From Candidatus Poribacteria bacterium (GTDB lineage: Bacteria > Poribacteria > WGA-4E > UBA9662): a DNA stretch of 64,000 nt. A model generated the notes under the pieces. That model worked only from the letters and a program-made list of their open reading frames with translations, searched no databases and was not told the origin of the DNA. The stretch covers positions 1-64,000 of the forward strand of contig JAYZAL010000101.1 in NCBI GenBank assembly GCA_036339735.1, in the 5' to 3' direction. Within the stretch, counting starts at the first letter, position 1. Every line of letters starts with the position of its first letter. This document shows positions 20,055 to 29,295 of this stretch, in pieces. The translations under genes were made by a program, and so were the position numbers.

Positions 20055-20870
20055 ATGGTTATGTTCAGAATACCAAAAGTAAAATCTTCGGTAATTAGCC
20101 ATCTTGGCCTAATTACTTTATGTTGTCTATTAACGAGTTCAGGTTTTGCTAAGATCGATTTGGAAAAACACCTAGTCGGTTTGTGGAAATTCGACGAAGG
20201 CAAGGGTGGAACAGCCAAAGACGATTCTGGTAATGGTTTGGAAGGAAAGCTAGAGGGTAAGTGCAAGTGGGTCAAGGGTAAGTTCGGTCAAGCCATTGAA
20301 TTTGATGGCAAAAGTGGTTACGTAGCGATTAAAGAACATGCCAATCCAACAAAGGCTATTACCGTTGCTGCATTGGTCAAAAGTGCAGAAAAAGCATGGA
20401 ATAACCATGGAACGATAATGTCCAAAAGGGACGCTTTTATCATTCACAACAACCAAGGTGGCACTGGTGTATCTTTCCCAATTTGTAATGGTGGTTGTTG
20501 GAATAAGCCAGGTGCCTGGCGAGACGGGGAAGTCTTTCCCAAAGAAATCACTGACTGGCACCTATATGCTGGTACATTTGATAGTAAAACTGGTGAATGG
20601 CGGATCGTAATTGATGGAAAAATCGAGAGTAAGCTCAAACTTGACAAAAATGAAATCGCTGCGGAAGAAGCTAAACAGCTTTGGATTGGTCGTGATCAAT
20701 GCTGTGGCACTCGATTTGGAACTATTACCGTTGATGAGGCCATGGTCTTCGACGTGGCGTTGGGCGAAGAGGAATTGACCGAAATTTACACAAATGGAAT
20801 TGATGGTGCTCTAGCAGTTAATAATCGAGGTAAATTGACCGTTAGCTGGGGTAAAGTTAAGGCTCAATAA
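20055..20870 (+). CDS. Exported LamG-like (ConA jelly-roll) protein with AV..GKL..WG..K tail
   Basis: LVGLWKFDEG..AKDDSGNG, GKFGQAIEFDG, WHLYAGTFD, VDEAMVFDVAL; ends LAVNNRGKLTVSWGKVKAQ. Confidence 0.9.
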   Translation: MVMFRIPKVKSSVISHLGLITLCCLLTSSGFAKIDLEKHLVGLWKFDEGKGGTAKDDSGNGLEGKLEGKCKWVKGKFGQAIEFDGKSGYVAIKEHANPTKAITVAALVKSAEKAWNNHGTIMSKRDAFIIHNNQGGTGVSFPICNGGCWNKPGAWRDGEVFPKEITDWHLYAGTFDSKTGEWRIVIDGKIESKLKLDKNEIAAEEAKQLWIGRDQCCGTRFGTITVDEAMVFDVALGEEELTEIYTNGIDGALAVNNRGKLTVSWGKVKAQ

Positions 20871-20884
20871 TCACATAGGTAATT

Positions 20885-20933
20885 TTAGATGATTGCCCCT
20901 TCAGATGTTTTCAAAGGCAGTCATCTAAGTTTT
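20885..20933 (+). terminator. Probable intrinsic terminator
   Basis: 13-bp stem TTAGATGATTGCC/GGCAGTCATCTAA (one G-U), long loop, then GTTTT. Confidence 0.55.
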
Positions 20934-21099
20934 GACAGGGAAAAAATGAGTCAAACTTGACTTCACGGTTGAGCTAGTGTTATTCTTTTGACCGACAAGA
21001 GAATGTGAGACTCAGTATCAACAAAGTCATGGTCAAATGAAGCATCCGCTTTTCTATTTGTTCTTTTCATTATTCCTCGTTCCCTTTTAGTTTAATCCT

Positions 21100-21903
21100 T
21101 TGATACCATCGGCCAACATGGGACGTCGGTTACCACTCCCCTTCTTAATTTCCCTTATCCTGCATGCTCTATTGGCTTTGCTGGGCGCTTTTTACATGGT
21201 GCAACGCCACATCATCGAAAGAGATATGGTTGCCGTGGATATCACCCGTGTAGTTGAATCTCCACCCAAGCGCCGGTTATCGAAAAGAGCGATTAAGCCA
21301 GTTCGTTATCAACCCAAAATAGCGACTGTGGCGATCAAACAAAATCGAGTTCCCCAACGGATACAAACTGCTATTGAGCTGCCAGCCACAAGTTATACAA
21401 CCGGCGTTGTTGCGGCTACAGAAACTCCTTCATTGCTTGCGAGTAAGGACATTTACACAATTAGCAAGCCACTGAGCATTGAGTACAAGCCAGTACCACT
21501 GAAAATGCAACCACCACAAGTGAGTCCGAAGCGAGTAAGCTCGACAATGGCATCGACGATACAACTTTCAACAGCCCCGCCTAACCTTGATATTGATCCA
21601 ACTGATTTTTTAGTTGCAGATCTCAGGGATGTAACCCAGAGACCCATGGTAATCAACCCTGTTGAACCTACTTATCCGGATTTAGCCCGGCGTGCTCAAC
21701 GAGAAGGAGTTGTATTGTTAGAAGCTACGATTGGTATTGAAGGAAAAGCTACTGATATCCTCGTCGTTACCAGTTTGGGATTCGGTTGTGATCAGGCAGC
21801 AGTTCAAGCGCTCAGATCAACGCGCTTTCGTCCGGCCAGACAAGGCAAGACTAAGGTCAGTGTGCGAGTACAACTTCCGTATCGGTTTCAGCTCCAAAAC
21901 TAG
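21100..21903 (+). CDS. tonB: TonB-family energy transducer (likely start ATG 21118)
   Basis: TM FLISLILH (SxxxH), Pro-rich linker, TonB_C PTYPDLARRAQREGVV...RFRPARQG. Confidence 0.88.
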   Translation: MIPSANMGRRLPLPFLISLILHALLALLGAFYMVQRHIIERDMVAVDITRVVESPPKRRLSKRAIKPVRYQPKIATVAIKQNRVPQRIQTAIELPATSYTTGVVAATETPSLLASKDIYTISKPLSIEYKPVPLKMQPPQVSPKRVSSTMASTIQLSTAPPNLDIDPTDFLVADLRDVTQRPMVINPVEPTYPDLARRAQREGVVLLEATIGIEGKATDILVVTSLGFGCDQAAVQALRSTRFRPARQGKTKVSVRVQLPYRFQLQN

Positions 21904-21997
21904 ACATTCTTAATTCAGTATCTTTTGTAACAACTGGCGCCTCCTATTTACAACTTTCTGCTTTATACATTTTATCAAACCTCTTTTATTTGCTTCT

Positions 21998-22783
21998 GTG
22001 TTACCTTTTGAAAAGGCTCAGCCAGTTTACGTTGGCGCCAGAGCAATAGGTATTGGAAATGCCTTTACTGCAATTGCGGATGATGCCACTGCTTGTTTTT
22101 GGAATCCTGCCGGCCTAATTCAGTCTCAAGGTGTCAGAATATTTGGTATGAACAAGTTTTTTGACCGCTCCGAGTATGGATTTGATCCCAAAGGAATTTC
22201 TTATTCATACCGACAGAACGGTTTTGCCTGGGGAAATAAGATTGCTCTCGGGACAAGAAGTCAAGATCCAGATTATTCCTACTATGCTGTCGCTCGGCAA
22301 ATTGGCTCTTACTTATCATTCGGAGGTAGTCTTAAATTCCAACGCCGACACCCCAGTCGATATTATCAAGTTTTTGGTTATAATCCATCCTTTGATTTAG
22401 CTGTCTTAGCGAAACTCAGTCCGAATTGGAAAATTGGCCTGCTGTGGCAAAACGAAGATCTTAGGTTGGGAATGGACCGACAGACGATAGGCTTAGCTTA
22501 CCAAATAACACTAAAAAGGCCTAACTCTGACCTGATTGTTAGCCTTGATTTGGAACAAGACCATTCTGCTAATGGAAAGTCGAACACAAAGACCAGAATG
22601 GGTTTTGAGTTTCCAGTTTCTCGCTTTCTACAACTAAGAGGTGGAAATTCAGATGGAAGTTGGACAGCAGGTATTGGTTTGAAGTGTCAATTTGGTCCGA
22701 CTGTCGCTCGGATTGATTATGCTTGGATCGGCGACACAAGAACATACCGGTCTCATTTCATTTCTTCAGAAATTGCTTTTTAA
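21998..22783 (+). CDS. PorV/UPF0164-like (FadL-superfamily) outer-membrane barrel
   Basis: GARAIGIGNAFTAIADDATACFWNPAGL, C-terminal IDYA...HFISSEIAF; start uncertain. Confidence 0.75.
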   Translation: MLPFEKAQPVYVGARAIGIGNAFTAIADDATACFWNPAGLIQSQGVRIFGMNKFFDRSEYGFDPKGISYSYRQNGFAWGNKIALGTRSQDPDYSYYAVARQIGSYLSFGGSLKFQRRHPSRYYQVFGYNPSFDLAVLAKLSPNWKIGLLWQNEDLRLGMDRQTIGLAYQITLKRPNSDLIVSLDLEQDHSANGKSNTKTRMGFEFPVSRFLQLRGGNSDGSWTAGIGLKCQFGPTVARIDYAWIGDTRTYRSHFISSEIAF

Positions 22784-22898
22784 TAAATAGTCAGAGCGTA
22801 ATACCCTCATACTTCTTCTAGTGGCGGGTTTCAAATACTGGAATCATAAATTGAGTTGTAGGAAATTAGATTATCCAGCCGGAAAAAGATCAGATTGG

Positions 22899-23636
22899 TT
22901 ACCTCTGCTTCAAATGTGCCCAGCAAACTGCCATTTTGTTTTTGTACTCCACAGACAAGTTAACTTCATTGGGCCAATCAAATAGCCTCAGATTATCAAT
23001 TTGATAATGACGCTCCAAGTCAGAAATAAAACCTATAGTACCTTTAGGGTGAAGACTCTTATCGTCCGTCCAGCTCATAATTTTACGTGAAACTACCTCA
23101 TCTTTGCGTTTAAGAAATAGCTCGAACTTAAAACCCCGGCCGGTCAGTGATAGAGTGTACCACTCCTTAGATCTGATAGCGATGGGGAGTTTAGTGCGTA
23201 ATTCTCTCAGTTCTTTCCAGGTTTCTTGGGCTTCTCCTTGACGAACATACCAACGAGCATAGTTCTTGGTCCCCATTCCATCTTCCGGTGTAACATAGAG
23301 TTGGTAGAACTCGAAATCGGCACTAGCTCGAAATAGTATCCCAATCCAGCTTCCATTACCAAATTCATCTTGTAAAGGTCTAAAATCAAATTGTAAACCA
23401 AAATCTTCGGCTTCAGCTTTAGCATAGCCAAAATAACTCCAACCCACACCAGTGGGCAAAATTTCCAGTACTCCATTTTTAGTCTTCCAATCAATCTTCC
23501 GAGCCTTTGCACCATGTGTCCACTTTTTCTTATCCAACTTTCCATCAAAATCGTCAAATAATAATAGTTTAGACTCACCACTACTAGGAACCAGAGAAAT
23601 CAAAACACAGAAAACAACACAACACCAATTAAACAT
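22899..23636 (-). CDS. Exported jelly-roll (DUF1080/LamG-like) protein with the same C-terminal tail
   Basis: Signal peptide from ATG 23636 (ORF track extends to 23699), LFDDFDG, GTIGF..IDNLR; ends LSVEYKNKMAVCWAHLKQR. Confidence 0.7.
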   Translation of the reverse strand: MFNWCCVVFCVLISLVPSSGESKLLLFDDFDGKLDKKKWTHGAKARKIDWKTKNGVLEILPTGVGWSYFGYAKAEAEDFGLQFDFRPLQDEFGNGSWIGILFRASADFEFYQLYVTPEDGMGTKNYARWYVRQGEAQETWKELRELRTKLPIAIRSKEWYTLSLTGRGFKFELFLKRKDEVVSRKIMSWTDDKSLHPKGTIGFISDLERHYQIDNLRLFDWPNEVNLSVEYKNKMAVCWAHLKQR

Positions 23637-23682
23637 TTTTCCCCATTTACATTCAAAAAGCCTAGTTTGCAAAATAACATTA

Positions 23683-25377
23683 TTATTCCTGACGATCAAG
23701 GTATTTCTCTATTTGGTCAGGGAAGTAGTTAATAAGACTATCAGTGATTAGAGGCGCGACAGAACCCAATCCACAAGCACTAGTTGCTTTCATAGTTTGG
23801 CCAATTTCTTTTACCTCCGTTAACCACACCTCTTTGCTTTGAATAGGCAGATCCATTGCCAAGCGTTCAGTTAACCGTTGTGTACCAATTCGACAAGGAA
23901 AACATTTTCCACAAGATTCTTCAGCGAAAAACCCCATCGCATTCTCAGCTACTTCAACCATGTTACGACTATCGTCGAAGACAATCACTCCGCCTGAGCC
24001 CAAAATGGATCCTTTTGCCGCTACTGATTGATTATCCAATTTCACGTCTAAATCTTTCTTGGCTAAAAATCCACCTGACACGCCGGCCATTGTAACTGCC
24101 TGAACGGCACGCCCAGAAGTTGCTCCACCAGCCCAATCATATAGCAAGGTGGACAGAGGTAAACCTATGGGAATCTCATAGTTGCCAGGACGCTGAATAT
24201 CACCGGATAAGCTGATTATTTTTGTGCCGGCATGCCCATTTAGTCCCAGTCCACGATACCAATCTGCACCGTTTCGCAAAATCTGCGGAACAGAGGCCAG
24301 AGTTTCGACATTATTTACAGCCGTCGGTAAATCTTGAAACCCATTCGTGACAGGGTAAGGAGGGCGGTTACGAGGAAATGGCCGTTTTCCTTCTAGACTA
24401 TTAAGTAAGGCGGTTTCTTCACCACAAATATAGGATCCAGCCCCTCTTCTTATGTCGATTTGAAAATCAAAATCAGAACCAAGAATACTATCCCCCAGAA
24501 AACCAGACACTTGAGATTCCTCAATGGCTTGAGACAGAATATTAAGCGTTTCTGGATATTCATAGCGTAAATAAATAAAACCTTGGTTTGCACCAGTTGC
24601 GTATGCGGCAATCAACATCCCTTCAATTACCGCATGCGGGTCATAATCCATGATTGCCCGATCTTTGAAGCAGCCGGGTTCGCCTTCATCAGCATTACAG
24701 ACTATTGTCTTTGGTCCTCTTTTTTCTTCCGCTACAGTCTTCCATTTCAAACCTGTAGGAAAACTCGCCCCACCTCGACCAGCCAGTTGGCTATCTTCCA
24801 ATATATGTATCACATCTGCTGGTCGCATTAGATCTAACATACTAATAAATCCATCATAACCACCTGTTTGACGATAGCCCAAAATTTCCGATCGGTTTGG
24901 TTGACGGATTTGAGAAAAAACACATTCTTCTACTTGGCCTGGGTTTGGTGGTGGTAGGGGGGATGGGCGAACTTTTAAATTATTAGCAGTAGTACCGATC
25001 AAAACCTCAGCACCTTTCAATACTGGGATGAAGTCATCACAACGTCCAGCACATGGCATTTGGGTGGCGTTTTGATCAGATAATTCAGCCAATAATCGCC
25101 TACTACCTTGCAAACGGCAAACCGGGCCATCACAGACTCGTGGCGCCAATTGGCCTGGAGGAGATTGTGATAAATGATGATAGAAACTAACAGTACCAAA
25201 TAACTCTGCTAGGGGAATTTTCAAAGCTAGAGAAATAGCACGCATCGATGACTCAGAAACAAACCCATCACGATCGTGGAAGGCATGGAGAATAGGTAGT
25301 AGTGGTGCTGGTTGATTATGCCACTTCTGGATCAATTCTTGGTCAGTTAGAGTCTGTTTAGACTGATTATGGGGCAC
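23683..25377 (-). CDS. Fused NuoE-NuoF (HoxF/FdsGB-like) NAD(P)H-binding flavo-FeS diaphorase
   Basis: NuoE-like LLPILH..SFY, CDGPVC/CAGRC; GRGGASFPTGLKW, NADEGEPG, YICGEETALLNSLEG, ESCGKCFPCRIG..CGLG. Confidence 0.9.
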   Translation of the reverse strand: MPHNQSKQTLTDQELIQKWHNQPAPLLPILHAFHDRDGFVSESSMRAISLALKIPLAELFGTVSFYHHLSQSPPGQLAPRVCDGPVCRLQGSRRLLAELSDQNATQMPCAGRCDDFIPVLKGAEVLIGTTANNLKVRPSPLPPPNPGQVEECVFSQIRQPNRSEILGYRQTGGYDGFISMLDLMRPADVIHILEDSQLAGRGGASFPTGLKWKTVAEEKRGPKTIVCNADEGEPGCFKDRAIMDYDPHAVIEGMLIAAYATGANQGFIYLRYEYPETLNILSQAIEESQVSGFLGDSILGSDFDFQIDIRRGAGSYICGEETALLNSLEGKRPFPRNRPPYPVTNGFQDLPTAVNNVETLASVPQILRNGADWYRGLGLNGHAGTKIISLSGDIQRPGNYEIPIGLPLSTLLYDWAGGATSGRAVQAVTMAGVSGGFLAKKDLDVKLDNQSVAAKGSILGSGGVIVFDDSRNMVEVAENAMGFFAEESCGKCFPCRIGTQRLTERLAMDLPIQSKEVWLTEVKEIGQTMKATSACGLGSVAPLITDSLINYFPDQIEKYLDRQE

Positions 25378-25399
25378 TTTATTTCGATATTAAGTTTGT

Positions 25400-26293
25400 T
25401 TAAGAGCGACCTTTGAAAGTTAACTCGGCTACACCTGACTTGTCCAAGTCTCCTTTACCAATATTGATCATTTTATCAAATTGCGCTTTGGTTGCTTTAG
25501 CAAGTGGTAGATTGAGTTCCACTTGATTGGCCAAATCGAGAGCTATCCCAGAATCTTTAGATGCATGAGATGCGGAGAAATAGCACTCATGATCTCGAAT
25601 TTGCATGTCTTCTCCATCGGTTTCTAACACTCGTGAGTTAGCACCTGTTTGAGAAAAAACCTCTTGCAACATTCCCAGATCTAAACCTAAAGCTTCACCT
25701 AAACCCAGACCTTCAGCTAATCCAGCAGTATTGATATTCATAACCATATTGACTAAGGCTTTTACTTGGGCAGCTTGACCCGCGGTACCAATATATCGAA
25801 GAGAGATACTCATTGCATCTAGAATTGGTTCTGCTCGATGAAATGTTGATTTTCGGCCTCCACACATCAAATAAAGTGTACCTTGCCGTGCCTGAGTAAT
25901 ACTACTGGCCATACAGCCTTCCAAGCTTTCAGCTCCATTAAGCTCGGCCCGACGTTCAACTTCAACATGCATACTAGGTGAGATTGTAGCGCAATTGATA
26001 AAGACCGTCCCTGCCGCTCCTTTAAGTAAGCTATCTTCGGTGGTTTCGGAGAAAATCTGTTCCATAGATGTATCATCAGTTACAACAGTAATGATGTAGT
26101 CAGCTAGTTTTGTCACATCAGCCAGCATATTACAGGCCGTAGCCTCGATTTCGTCAGCCAATGAATTTGCTAATTGTGAGACTGAATCGTAAACTGCAAC
26201 AACTGAAAACCCTTCATCCTTGAGGTGGCGAGCGATATTACTACCCATTCGTCCAACACCAACAACCCCAATAGAATAATCCGCATTTGACAT
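25400..26293 (-). CDS. 3-hydroxyisobutyrate/beta-hydroxyacid dehydrogenase family
   Basis: GVVGVGRMG, TISP, LYLMCGG, KALVN, KDSGIA. Confidence 0.88.
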   Translation of the reverse strand: MSNADYSIGVVGVGRMGSNIARHLKDEGFSVVAVYDSVSQLANSLADEIEATACNMLADVTKLADYIITVVTDDTSMEQIFSETTEDSLLKGAAGTVFINCATISPSMHVEVERRAELNGAESLEGCMASSITQARQGTLYLMCGGRKSTFHRAEPILDAMSISLRYIGTAGQAAQVKALVNMVMNINTAGLAEGLGLGEALGLDLGMLQEVFSQTGANSRVLETDGEDMQIRDHECYFSASHASKDSGIALDLANQVELNLPLAKATKAQFDKMINIGKGDLDKSGVAELTFKGRS

Positions 26294-26690
26294 CTTATTT
26301 TCCCTTTTGACTATCTGCTCAAAGCTCTGTTTTTGAGACCAGTAACCTGTTGATCTCGATGTATATTTGGCTAATCTATTCTACATGACACACAAAACTT
26401 TGTAAAGAAAATCACTAGTGACTTACTTAACTTGATCAAGGTCAGAGCCCGAGGCACGAGAAAGCAAATCAAATATATTTACCGTCAATACATGGCACAT
26501 TTTTGTCGTAATTACGCTTGGGTCATCACAAAAAATCACGACAAGCCTCATATGAATAGGAGTATAAGACGGATTCTCCTAATTTTTCTTGTGGGAGCTG
26601 TATTACTTGGTGGTCAGATGGAACAAGAGGGACATTTAGTAAAATCGGTAGGAATCAATAAGTCAGCCATTATTTGCGATGTTTGGAGTA

Positions 26691-27917
26691 TTAAATTATC
26701 CCTAACTTTTGTAGGTTATGAATTTCTGCTTTAGGTATTCCCAGCAAATTGGCCAAAACTTCTTCTGTATGTTGGCCTAGCATCGGTGCGGGTTCATCGA
26801 CTTGGCCAGGCGTCTGAGACAACTTGACAGGGATTCCAGGTATTTGTACTTTCCCTGCAAATTGGGTTGACAAATCAACGATCATTTCCCGTGCTCGGAT
26901 TTGAGGATCCTCAACCACCTTATCAATGGTATTAACTGGTCCACAAGGAACGCCGATCTTAGCTAGTTCCTCCACCCATCTTTCAGTATTCTTTTGGCTC
27001 AAAACTTTATTCATAATCGGTCGTAATTCTGAGTGATTGTTGGTACGCGAAGCATTATTTTCAAATCTTGGGTCATCAACTAAATCAGACCGATCAACAT
27101 GTTGACAAAATTTCTGCCACAATTGATCATTACCAATTGCGATGACGACATAACCATCTTTGGACTCAAATACCTCGAAAGGCGTAATGGCTGGATGTCT
27201 TCGCCCAAGTGGTTTTGGAACTTCTCCGCTAGAGAAATAACGAACTAGGGCATTTTCTAGGATGGATACTTGACAATCAAGCATCCCGACGTCAACTAAC
27301 TGTCCTTCTCCTGTCTTCTGGCGATGATGGAGCGCGGACAAAACGCCTATGGTTGTAAATAGGGCTGACGTGATATCACCAATCGAGGTGCCAACCCGAA
27401 CCGGTGGTTTGTCAGGCTCTCCAGTAATACTTAGAATGCCCCCCATTGCTTGGATTATCATGTCGTAAGCACCACGATTGGCATAAGGACCCGTCTGGCC
27501 AAAACCAGAACAAGCAGCATATATTAGCCCTGGATACTTTTCTCTTAATTGGTCATAACCGAGACCGAGTTTACTCATAGTACCTGCGCGAAAATTTTCG
27601 ACTAACACATCACATTTTGCCAGCAAATTATGAAAAATCTGTTGGCCCTGATCTGTTTTCAGGTTAAGAGTAATACTCTTTTTACCTCGATTGACACTCA
27701 TAAAGTATAAACTAAAGTCATTCTGAAAAGGACCAAAGCCTCGAGCTTCGTCCCCAACCTCCGGTTGCTCAACTTTAATTATTTCTGCCCCTAAGTCTCC
27801 TAAAATCATGGTGGCATAAGGACCAGCTAACACTCGGGTTAAATCAAGTACCCTCAGATCGTCAAAAGGGCCGGGCTTGGTAGGAAATCCAACTGTTTGC
27901 GTACGGTTTTGATCCAT
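26691..27917 (-). CDS. Family III CoA-transferase (CaiB/BaiF)
   Basis: DLTRVLAGP, NRGKKS, VENFRAG, SGFGQTGP, IGD catalytic Asp, APMLGQHT. Confidence 0.95.
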   Translation of the reverse strand: MDQNRTQTVGFPTKPGPFDDLRVLDLTRVLAGPYATMILGDLGAEIIKVEQPEVGDEARGFGPFQNDFSLYFMSVNRGKKSITLNLKTDQGQQIFHNLLAKCDVLVENFRAGTMSKLGLGYDQLREKYPGLIYAACSGFGQTGPYANRGAYDMIIQAMGGILSITGEPDKPPVRVGTSIGDITSALFTTIGVLSALHHRQKTGEGQLVDVGMLDCQVSILENALVRYFSSGEVPKPLGRRHPAITPFEVFESKDGYVVIAIGNDQLWQKFCQHVDRSDLVDDPRFENNASRTNNHSELRPIMNKVLSQKNTERWVEELAKIGVPCGPVNTIDKVVEDPQIRAREMIVDLSTQFAGKVQIPGIPVKLSQTPGQVDEPAPMLGQHTEEVLANLLGIPKAEIHNLQKLGII

Positions 27918-27924
27918 ATATCAA

Positions 27925-28200
27925 CTATTTTTTAGCCTGATTTTTGATACAAGCTTCGATTTTGTTAGCATCCACTCTGTAACTGAACAATACTTCATTA
28001 GCTTGATCAGCTGAAGTTACCAATTCACCCACAGGTATTAGGTGTCGGTACTTCGCAAACAGATCATCGTTTTGGGTAATATCGGTTTCTATAAGTTGGT
28101 GCGGGATCTTGCGAGCTAAGCCTTTCAGATCATTCTTAGCTTTAGTACAAAGTGGACAGTTAGGTTTAGTGTAAAAAAGAATTTTCGGTTTAAGCGACAT
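27925..28200 (-). CDS. Glutaredoxin-like protein (DUF836 type)
   Basis: YTKPNCPLC, DI..DDLFAKY..IPV. Confidence 0.85.
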   Translation of the reverse strand: MSLKPKILFYTKPNCPLCTKAKNDLKGLARKIPHQLIETDITQNDDLFAKYRHLIPVGELVTSADQANEVLFSYRVDANKIEACIKNQAKK

Positions 28201-29008
28201 CTAGTATGTTTTCTGGCATGTTTTCCAAGCGTGACATCCAGTAGGCGTGGTCAAATTTGTCATCACCTATCAAGAAACGCCAGAATTTGATACGGTTGAC
28301 TTGCTCTAGCCGGACCTCGTTACCATACCAACGATGATGGCGACCAATGATCCCATGGACAGCCGAATCGTCGAGATCGTCAGTATTCCACAGCCTCAGT
28401 TGACGTACAGTGGGATTGAGGCGCAGTTTGAACATGTATCGGGTTTCTTCAGTGTGATTAGGTTGAGCACAATGCCATATGCCATGGTGAACAACGATAA
28501 CCGTCCCTGCTTTGCAAATAGTTGGGACTTGACCAACAAAGTTCTGATAACGAGCTACATCAGTTTCACTAATCAAACGAAAATGACTACCTGGTAAAAT
28601 CGCAGTTCCACCCATCTCACGGGGCGTGTCGTGACAAAAATAATAGAACTGGATATCGAAGTGCATACGCATATCGATAATTGCATCGGCATGCCAAATC
28701 TGTCCGCTACGGTTTTGAGCATTGACAATATGTGTTGCTTGATGATCGTAGAGTGGATCTGGACCAACTAGACTATGAATAATTCCTTGGATTTCAGGTT
28801 GATTGAAAATCTGTCGGATAGCAGATTTATCAGACCAAACTTGACTGAATCTTACCCCAGCTTGGCCGGTTTCGACTTTTCGATCCTGCATTTCTTGATG
28901 AGCGGCCTGATTTAGTTCATTCGAGACTAATTCATCGAACCGCAGGTAGCCATCCGTTACGAAATTCGCCATTTGTTTTGAATTGAGCAGATGTTTTTTA
29001 TCAATCAT
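28190..29008 (-). CDS. PhyH-family Fe(II)/2-oxoglutarate dioxygenase
   Basis: FVTDGYL, WHAD, LPGSH, AGTVIVVHHGIWH, PNHTEETR. Confidence 0.85.
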   Translation of the reverse strand: MIDKKHLLNSKQMANFVTDGYLRFDELVSNELNQAAHQEMQDRKVETGQAGVRFSQVWSDKSAIRQIFNQPEIQGIIHSLVGPDPLYDHQATHIVNAQNRSGQIWHADAIIDMRMHFDIQFYYFCHDTPREMGGTAILPGSHFRLISETDVARYQNFVGQVPTICKAGTVIVVHHGIWHCAQPNHTEETRYMFKLRLNPTVRQLRLWNTDDLDDSAVHGIIGRHHRWYGNEVRLEQVNRIKFWRFLIGDDKFDHAYWMSRLENMPENILDVA

Positions 29009-29282
29009 CGATTGTCTCCAATTGTTCTAAAATATACTCAAACTTTAAGTAAGAAGTATTATATTCCATACCGGGAAATGCGGGAAACTGTTGTGGGAAT
29101 TGAATCACCCGCCAGCCATCCTTCATTGCATCTAATACGCTGCCGTATGGTGGCTGGTCACTGTCAGCAGTGGTATGTATCTCCTTGCCTGTCCCATCGT
29201 AGATTGACCAAGCACCCACAGGACTGCTGAGGTCAGGTGTTTGTAACCATAAGACAAGTAGTTTTTGTCTCAGTTTTGACAT
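29001..29282 (-). CDS. Small conserved-looking hypothetical protein coupled to the PhyH gene
   Basis: 8-bp overlap with PhyH gene; WSIYDGTG..PPYGSVLDAMKDGWRVIQ. Confidence 0.7.
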   Translation of the reverse strand: MSKLRQKLLVLWLQTPDLSSPVGAWSIYDGTGKEIHTTADSDQPPYGSVLDAMKDGWRVIQFPQQFPAFPGMEYNTSYLKFEYILEQLETIDD

Positions 29283-29295
29283 ATTTTATTACTCA

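Noticed and set aside
20934-21099. Cobalamin riboswitch before tonB (or before nrdR-nrdJ)
   Set aside because: No GGGAA..GCCCCCGCAACTGT-like or B12-box motif visible
26432-26734. 100-aa plus-strand ORF
   Set aside because: No recognisable motif or SD; overlaps the CoA-transferase 3' end; probably spurious
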